Positions 47,549-53,758 of a DNA stretch of 53,758 nucleotides are shown one piece after another. The number at the start of each line of letters is the position of its first letter. Position 1 is the first letter of the stretch. A program made the position numbers and the translations under genes. Source of the stretch: Solirubrobacteraceae bacterium (lineage in GTDB: Bacteria > Actinomycetota > Thermoleophilia > Solirubrobacterales > Solirubrobacteraceae); NCBI GenBank assembly GCA_017882465.1, contig JADGPN010000001.1, forward strand, positions 1 through 53,758. Reading direction: 5' to 3'. The notes beneath the pieces are model-generated. The model searched no databases, had not been told where the DNA came from, and was given only the letters and a program-made list of their open reading frames with translations.

Positions 47549-47821
47549 ATGGCAGTCACGGTCAAGATCCCGACACAGCTGCGCGCCGCCACCGACGGCG
47601 AGTCCACGGCGACCGTGGACGGCTCCACCGTGGGCGAGGTGCTCGACGCGCTGTACTCGAGGTTCGCTGAGCTCCGCGCCCGGATTGCCGAGGACGGCGG
47701 CCTGCGGCGCTTCGTCAACGTCTACGTGGGCGGCGAGGACATCCGCTTCCTGGAGGGACTCGACACGCCGGTCTCCGACGGCGATGAGGTGACGATCCTG
47801 CCCGCGGTCGCGGGCGGCTGA
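47549..47821 (+). CDS. MoaD/ThiS/CysO-type ubiquitin-like sulfur carrier
   Basis: KIPTQLR...RRFVNVYV...DIRF...LPAVAGG with free C-terminal GG. Confidence 0.93.
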   Translation: MAVTVKIPTQLRAATDGESTATVDGSTVGEVLDALYSRFAELRARIAEDGGLRRFVNVYVGGEDIRFLEGLDTPVSDGDEVTILPAVAGG

Positions 47822-47868
47822 AGCGGCGGGGGGCGACGCCTGGTCGCGCCGCCTGCCCGCCTCAGGTG

Positions 47869-48528
47869 TTAGGCCGCCGGAGCTGAGCTCAGGCCCACCG
47901 GGCAGCTGACGCCGGTGCCGCCGAGACCGCAGTAGCCGTTCGGGTTCTTGGCCAGATACTGCTGGTGGTAGTCCTCGGCGTAGTAGAACTCGCCCGCCGG
48001 TTCGATCTCAGTCGTGATCTCCGGGTAGCCGGCGGCGCGCAGGCGCTCGGCGTAGGCGGCCTGCGAGGCCTCGGCCACCGCGCGCTGCTGCTCGCCGGTC
48101 CACAGGATCGCCGAGCGGTACTGGGTGCCGACGTCGTTGCCCTGGCGCAGGCCCTGGGTCGGGTCGTGGTTCTCCCAGAACAGCCTCAGGATCTCGGCGT
48201 ATGAGGTGACCGACGGGTCGAATACGACTAGGACGGCCTCGGTGTGGCCGGTGCGGCCGCTGCACACCTCCTCGTAGGTCGGGTTGGGGGTGAACCCGCC
48301 GGCATAGCCGACGGCCGTGGTGTAGACGCCGGGCGCCTGCCAGAACACGCGCTCGGCTCCCCAGAAGCAGCCCATCCCGACGATGGCGCGCTCGTAGCCC
48401 TCGGGAAACGGCGGCTCGAGCGGAGTGCCGAGTACGAAATGCTGTGGTGGGACGGCCATCCGCCGCTCCCGCCCGGGCAGTGCCTGGGCGGGGTCGACCA
48501 TGGCGGTCTTGTGTCGAAAGGAGAACAT
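47869..48528 (-). CDS. msrA: Peptide-methionine (S)-S-oxide reductase
   Basis: [33 protein letters not shown]. Confidence 0.97.
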   Translation of the reverse strand: MFSFRHKTAMVDPAQALPGRERRMAVPPQHFVLGTPLEPPFPEGYERAIVGMGCFWGAERVFWQAPGVYTTAVGYAGGFTPNPTYEEVCSGRTGHTEAVLVVFDPSVTSYAEILRLFWENHDPTQGLRQGNDVGTQYRSAILWTGEQQRAVAEASQAAYAERLRAAGYPEITTEIEPAGEFYYAEDYHQQYLAKNPNGYCGLGGTGVSCPVGLSSAPAA

Positions 48529-48639
48529 GCAGACAAGATTACGCCGCCCGATGTGAACGGACCAGAAAACCGGCGCAGCCCGAAGGGCGAAGCCCCTGCA
48601 ATGTCGCGATAACGGCTCCTGTGACGTATGGTCGGAGCG

Positions 48640-49848
48640 ATGGTCAGCTTCGGCCAGCTCACGTTGATCATCTTGGCCGGGCTGCTCGGGCCGCTGCTGG
48701 CGTCCTCACGCCGCGTCCTGATACCGGTGGTGGTGGGGGAGCTGCTGGCCGGGGTGGCGCTGGGGAAGACGGGTGCCGGGCTGATCAAGGCCGACAACCC
48801 GACGATCGCCTTCCTCGGCACGATGGGCTTTGCCGTGCTGATGATGGTGGCCGGCATGCACGTGCCGCTGCGCAACCCCGCCCTGGTCAAGTCGCTACGC
48901 CGGGGCACGATGGCCGTCCTCGCCAGCGTCGTCGTGGGCGTCGCCGGTGGCGTTCTGATCGCGCGTGGCCTCGGCGTCGGCCACCCGGCGATCTGGGCCG
49001 TCCTGCTCGCGACCGGTTCCGCCGCGATCGTCCTGCCCGCGCTCCAGGAGGCGGGCGTGGGAGCTGACCGGGCTCTGCTGGCCATGGCCTGGGCCACGGT
49101 GGCCGACGTCGCTACGATCGTCGCCGTCCCGCTGGTCATGAACCCGTCCAAGGCGCTCAGCGCCGGGCTCGGTGCGCTCGTCGTGGCTGCCGCGGCGCTC
49201 GTGGTCCTCATGGTGGCGCGAGCGGTGCAGCGGGAAGGCGAGGTGCGGAACCTGAGGCGTCAGTCCGGCCGCAAGACATGGGCGCTCGACCTCCGGTTCG
49301 CGCTGATCGCGCTGTTCGGCCTCTGCGCCGTGGCCGAGGGGGTCGGGACCAACATCATGATCGCGGGCTTCGCTGCGGGACTGCTGGTCGCCTACGAGGG
49401 CGGTCCGGCCCGGCTCTCCGATCAGGTCTCGGGCGTCGGCGCCGGGTTCCTCGTGCCGGTGTTCTTTGTCGTACTGGGAGCGAGCCTCAACGTGCGCGCG
49501 CTCGTTCGCAGCCCGACGGAGCTCGAGCTCACCGCGACCCTGATCGCAGGGATCGTGGTGGCGCACCTCATCGGCGCTCGCGCGGTGCGGGCGCCGGTGT
49601 GGACAGGGTTGATCGTGAGCGCCCAGCTCGGGGTCCCCGCAGCGGTGGTGAAGCTGGGGCTGAGCTCGCACGTCCTGCAGGCCGGGGAGGGGGCCGCGAT
49701 CATCGTGGCCGCGCTGGCCAGCCTCGGGATCTGCTCGATCGGCACCGCGCTGGCGGCCCGGACGACCCCGCGTGCCCCCGCGCCAGCGCCGCCCCAGCCC
49801 GGCTCCGAGCCCGCCCCGTCGGTCAGTGTTTCCACACCGATGAAGTGA
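48640..49848 (+). CDS. Cation:proton antiporter (Na+/H+ exchanger family)
   Basis: Many TM helices; [30 protein letters not shown]. Confidence 0.85.
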   Translation: MVSFGQLTLIILAGLLGPLLASSRRVLIPVVVGELLAGVALGKTGAGLIKADNPTIAFLGTMGFAVLMMVAGMHVPLRNPALVKSLRRGTMAVLASVVVGVAGGVLIARGLGVGHPAIWAVLLATGSAAIVLPALQEAGVGADRALLAMAWATVADVATIVAVPLVMNPSKALSAGLGALVVAAAALVVLMVARAVQREGEVRNLRRQSGRKTWALDLRFALIALFGLCAVAEGVGTNIMIAGFAAGLLVAYEGGPARLSDQVSGVGAGFLVPVFFVVLGASLNVRALVRSPTELELTATLIAGIVVAHLIGARAVRAPVWTGLIVSAQLGVPAAVVKLGLSSHVLQAGEGAAIIVAALASLGICSIGTALAARTTPRAPAPAPPQPGSEPAPSVSVSTPMK

Positions 49849-49860
49849 TCCGATCCGGAC

Positions 49861-50010
49861 TCAGACCTGCGCTTCGACCAGGCGCCGAATGGCGTCCAGG
49901 GTGCCCATGACCTCCTGGTCAGGTGCGTCGCCGCGGGACGTCGCCAGGAACAGAGTCAGGCGAGAGCCGTCGCCATCGGCGTCCACCTGGAATACACCCC
50001 GTCGCCTGGG
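49861..50010 (-). pseudogene. C-terminal remnant, SRPBCC-like
   Basis: GVFQVDADGDGSRLTLFL...TLDAIRRLVE*; no credible start. Confidence 0.4.
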
Positions 50011-50075
50011 CGGGCCGGACCGGTTCATCCGGATGGGATGATGCGGCGGCAGCGAGGGGGCGATAGTTCGCGCCC

Positions 50076-50786
50076 ATGGCAGAGCGAGCCACATCGCCAG
50101 GGCACGGCATGAACCGCGAACGCTGGATGGCCCTGTTCTTCGCCGCCGGCTCGATCTGCTTCCTGATCGGGCCATTCCCGGGCTATGCGCAGCGGGTCGG
50201 GGGCACCGCGGACGCGGTGACCTTCTTCGTCGGATCGATCCTGTTCACGATCGGCGGGGCGATCCAGACCTGGCTCGCCTATCCGCTGCGTCGCTCGGAG
50301 GGGGCGCGCTCGGCATGGTGGTCCGCGGTGATCCAATCCGCCGGCACGCTGTTTTTCAACGTGACGACCTATCAGGCCATGCACACGGCGATCTCCAACT
50401 CCCGCTACGACCGGCTGGTGTGGCGGCCGGATGCCTTCGGCTCGGTCTGCTTCCTCGTCTCCGGGGTGATCGCCTACCGGGCCTCCGCGCGACACGGCCA
50501 CGCCTGGTTGCCGGAGCGCGGCCAGCGCGGCTGGTGGGAGCCTGGCGTCAACCTGCTCGGCTGTATCTTCTTCGGCGTCTCGGCGATCGCCGGCTACGTG
50601 GTTCCCTCGACCGGCTCGATCTTCGATCTGGCCGCCGCCAACTGGAACACCTCCCTCGGCGCCGCGTGCTTCCTGGCCTGCGCGGTCGCGACGCTGTTCT
50701 CCGGGCGCACCTTCAAGTCGCCGCGGATGCGCCATCTGTTCGCGCTCGAGCACGACCTCACGCACGACATCGAGCGGATCATCTGA
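50076..50786 (+). CDS. YrhK-like membrane protein
   Basis: FAAGSICF, FFVGSILFT, GTLFFN, WRPDAFGSVCFLVS repeats. Confidence 0.75.
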   Translation: MAERATSPGHGMNRERWMALFFAAGSICFLIGPFPGYAQRVGGTADAVTFFVGSILFTIGGAIQTWLAYPLRRSEGARSAWWSAVIQSAGTLFFNVTTYQAMHTAISNSRYDRLVWRPDAFGSVCFLVSGVIAYRASARHGHAWLPERGQRGWWEPGVNLLGCIFFGVSAIAGYVVPSTGSIFDLAAANWNTSLGAACFLACAVATLFSGRTFKSPRMRHLFALEHDLTHDIERII

Positions 50787-50797
50787 GACGCTCGTCG

Positions 50798-50839
50798 CCG
50801 GACGGGCCCGGACGGGCCCGGACGGGCCCGGACGGGCCC
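50798..50839. repeat. 10-bp tandem repeat x4 (GACGGGCCCG)
   Basis: Directly visible, intergenic. Confidence 0.95.
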
Positions 50840-50892
50840 CGGGCCTGGCCCGAGCCGCCTGTAGAGTCTGATGCGTGCCCCGACGACGCGTC

Positions 50893-51267
50893 GTGATCGA
50901 CCATGTGACCGTCGGCGTGAGCGATCTCGCCCGCAGCCGCGAGTTCTACCGCCGGGTGCTCACCCCGCTCGGCTTCGCGGAGATCGGACCGTGGCGAGAG
51001 GAGGGTCACGAGGTCGCCTTCGGGCTCGAGGAAGCAGACGATTTCGCGATCTCGTCCGAGTACGGGACCGGAGCTCCGGTGCACATCGCGTTCGCGGCCG
51101 ACCGCCGTGAGCAGGTCGATGCGTTCTACGCGGCGGCGCTGGCGGCGGGAGGGAAGGACAATGGGCCTCCTGGTCCCCGGCCCGAGTACTCCGACGGGTA
51201 CTACGGCGCGTTCGTGCTCGACCCCGACGGCCACAACATCGAGGCTGTCCACCACGCCCGGGTGTAG
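50893..51267 (+). CDS. VOC/glyoxalase family protein
   Basis: IDHVTVGVSD, HIAF, DNGPPG.RPEY, YYGAFVLDPDGHNIEAV. Confidence 0.92.
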   Translation: MIDHVTVGVSDLARSREFYRRVLTPLGFAEIGPWREEGHEVAFGLEEADDFAISSEYGTGAPVHIAFAADRREQVDAFYAAALAAGGKDNGPPGPRPEYSDGYYGAFVLDPDGHNIEAVHHARV

Positions 51268-51294
51268 TCGCGGCCGGGCCACTCCGACCTCCCG

Positions 51295-51630
51295 TTGATG
51301 GTCGACCGGGGTGGTGGGAGCATCGTAAATATGGCCTCGATCGCCGGCCTCGTCGGTCTCCGCAACCGCGCTGCCTACTGCGCCTCCAAGGGCGCGGTGA
51401 TCGCGCTCACGCGGGCGCTGGCCGTCGATCACGTCGCTGCCGGTGTCCGTGTCAACGCGGTCTGCCCGGGGACCGTGGACTCGCCCTGGGTCCAGCGCCT
51501 GGTCGCCGACGTGGGGCGGCTCGGCCGGCCCGACGAGATCGCCGAGGCGGTCCTCTACCTCGCCTCGGACGCTTCCGCGTTCGTGACCGGCACGGTCCTG
51601 ACCATCGACGGCGGTCTCACGGCGGCGTGA
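51295..51630 (+). pseudogene. SDR oxidoreductase remnant (N-terminal Rossmann half missing, internal deletion)
   Basis: GSIVNMAS, YCASK, RVNAVCPG, GRLGRPDEIA, IDGG present; TGxxxGxG absent. Confidence 0.8.
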
Positions 51631-51634
51631 GCTG

Positions 51635-52699
51635 ATGCTCGCGCTCGTCACCACCCCCGGTCGTGCGCACACGACCGAGGTGACCGAGGTCCCGGATGCT
51701 GCGGCGCGTCCGGGCGAGGTCCTGCTGCGCCCGCTGTGCGTAGGGGTGTGCGGCACCGACCGGGAGATCTCTGAGGGGCTGTTTGGCGTCGCGCCCGACG
51801 GCGAAGAGCGCCTGATCCTGGGCCACGAGGTGCTCGCGCGCGTGGAGGCCGGCGGCCACGGCTTCACGCGCGGGGACATCGTGTGCGCGACCGTGCGCCG
51901 CTCGTGTCGCCACTGCCTCGCATGTGAGGAAGGCTCGCCCGACGGGTGCCTCACGGGGGACTACCTCGAACGGGGTATCACGCGGCTGCACGGCTTCGCT
52001 GCCGAGCTCGTGGCCGAAGCACCCGAGCACCTCATCCGCGTGCCCGCCGGTCTGGGGCCGCTCGCGGTCCTCGCCGAGCCGGCATCGATCTGCTGCCGTG
52101 GTATCCGCCACGCGGAGGCGATCGCCGGCCGGCAGCCGTGGGCGCGACGCCGCACGCTGGTGCTCGGCACCGGCGCGATCGGCATGCTCGGCACCTATCT
52201 GCTCCGGCTGGGCGGCTACGACGTGTGGACCGCGGGCCGATCCCCGGCGACCGAGGAGCGCGCCCGGCTCGCGGCCGCGTGCGGCGCGGCCTACTTCTCC
52301 GTCGCCGAGACCTCCCCGGTCGATGTGGCGGCCGAGGTCGGCGGCTTCGACGTCGTGCTGGAGGCCACCGGCGACGCCCAGGCCATGATCGACACCATGT
52401 CCCTGCTAGGACGCAATGGGGTCGCGTGCCTGCTCGGCATCGACGGCCGGCCGCGTGACGTGTGCATCGACGGACGGGTCCTGGGCGTCGACGCCATCCT
52501 GCAGAACCGCGCCCTGTTCGGGAGCGTCAACGCCCACCGCGAGGACTGGGAGTCCGCCGTCCACGCCCTCGACGAGGCGCGTCGCAGGTGGCCTGACGCG
52601 GTCGAGTCGTTCATCGGGTTGACCGTCGGAGTCGACGCCTTCGCCAAGGCCTTCGCGCACCGAGGCGTGAAGGCCACGCTGACCTTCGAGGGGCTCTGA
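51635..52699 (+). CDS. Zn-dependent glucose 1-dehydrogenase-like (MDR family)
   Basis: GVCGTDREI, LGHE, VRR.C..C..C, ERGI..LHG, GTGAIG, GSVNA. Confidence 0.88.
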   Translation: MLALVTTPGRAHTTEVTEVPDAAARPGEVLLRPLCVGVCGTDREISEGLFGVAPDGEERLILGHEVLARVEAGGHGFTRGDIVCATVRRSCRHCLACEEGSPDGCLTGDYLERGITRLHGFAAELVAEAPEHLIRVPAGLGPLAVLAEPASICCRGIRHAEAIAGRQPWARRRTLVLGTGAIGMLGTYLLRLGGYDVWTAGRSPATEERARLAAACGAAYFSVAETSPVDVAAEVGGFDVVLEATGDAQAMIDTMSLLGRNGVACLLGIDGRPRDVCIDGRVLGVDAILQNRALFGSVNAHREDWESAVHALDEARRRWPDAVESFIGLTVGVDAFAKAFAHRGVKATLTFEGL

Positions 52700-52884
52700 T
52701 CAGAGGTCAACTCCCCGGCGCTCAGCCTCTCACGCTCAAGCCAACGACTCAGAACCGCCAACAGGCAAGAGCGGTGAAGCACGGCCGACGGCCGATACCC
52801 CCGACCGACCAGCCACACCTGGAACCCCAGCGCCCACGGCGCCAACGGCCCCCGAACCGTGCAAGTACGAGCCCTTCGTCCCAT
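52700..52884 (-). pseudogene. N-terminal stub of a RIT-type tyrosine recombinase
   Basis: MGRRARTCTVRGPLAPWALGFQVWLVGRGY...LLAVLSRWL...LSAGELT with GGAGG SD; cut at the dehydrogenase stop. Confidence 0.65.
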
Positions 52885-52945
52885 CGCCAGCCTCCTGTCG
52901 GATCACCGAAACCGAAAACAGGAAGCCTCCACCGACCCCAGCCGG

Positions 52946-53021
52946 TTATGCCGACCGAATCACCAGCCCCACCCCTCACTAGCAGGCCAAACATCCGCCG
53001 CGACACCCCAAGTCGGCATAA
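52946..53021. mobile_element. RIT-element end with inverted recombinase-binding-like boxes
   Basis: TTATGCCGAC (52946-52955) and its exact reverse complement GTCGGCATAA (53012-53021). Confidence 0.6.
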
Positions 53022-53599
53022 TCGGACGGTCGCGACAAATCCAATTAGCCAGAATTCTGGATAACTGCTTAGCCGGCGTACCAGGGCGATCACCGACGCT
53101 TCGTCGCAGACCTGCTTTGCGCCGATTGCGCGACCAGTCTGCACCATGTCGTTAGCCGGAACCTGGCTCCTAAAGCAAGCACCAACTCGACACGGGCGGC
53201 GCCACGATCGCGTGCTTGCTCACGGTGGAATCCGTTGGCATTCTGCAAGCGGTTGACCCGATGGAAGCGGCTCGTGGATCCGCGTGAAGGCGCTCGTCGT
53301 GTGTGGCGCTGCTGGCCGTCGTTAGGGCGCTGGCCCTGACGCTCGCAATCGCCCAACAGCGGGAGTGCCGACAGGCTCGAAACGCCTGGTCATGGCTCCT
53401 GGATCGGAACGAACTGGGCTGTCTAGGTGGCCGGCCGCTCCGTCGCCGGCGCTGCCGGTTTGGTCCCATAGCGGCAGCGCCGAGCTCCATCGTCGCCGCT
53501 CCCGCTTCGACCGTCGTGGCGCTTGCTGGCGTCCGGTGGATCGCCGACCTGGCAAGCACTGCGCCCGCTGCCGCTTAAGCGAAGCAGCTGCGATGAATC

Positions 53600-53758
53600 C
53601 CGACGGCGCCGCGCGGGCAACGACGCCATCAACCCGCGGTGCTAGCCCCCGGACGTGTCCGACCAGCCGATCAACGTAGCCCGAAACGTTCCCGGCCTCA
53701 AAAAGCCCCCAGGCATCCAGGCAGGGCGACTCGATCAGCACAGCAGCGCTGTTGGCCG
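53600..53758 (-). pseudogene. Fragment resembling Asp/Glu racemase-like proteins, cut by window edge and apparently degenerate
   Basis: CLDAWGLFEAGNVSGYVDRLVGHVRGLAPRVDGVV, then similarity is lost before the expected LAQASM motif. Confidence 0.4.

Noticed and set aside
53060-53600. Short ORFs on both strands
   Set aside because: No recognisable motifs or codon bias; probably degraded DNA.

Overview
High-GC actinobacterial chromosome segment. Gene content and protein style suggest Thermoleophilia/Solirubrobacterales (inference). The housekeeping backbone is tRNA-Ile2(CAU), pdxST, split proline utilisation (PRODH and P5CDH), PMM/PGM, rfbF/rfbG-like genes, yebC, ruvCAB, secDF, recJ, rel, ppdK, msrA, and a SAM-I riboswitch controlling a thrC-like plus MoaD/CysO-like sulfur-carrier pair. 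Five things stand out. (1) An orphan, translationally coupled two-gene module (replication-relaxation-family wHTH/PD-(D/E)xK protein plus membrane-anchored VirD4/TraD-like ATPase) sits between core genes with no integrase or mating-pore genes. (2) About 14 short gene remnants fill the intergenic gaps, including a scrambled and partly inverted arylsulfatase fused to a group II intron fragment. (3) A candidate structured leader lies upstream of a cation:proton antiporter. (4) PPDK lacks the regulatory Thr. (5) A decayed RIT-element end lies near the right edge. All calls come from motif recognition by eye; no searches were run. No CRISPR array or rRNA was seen.
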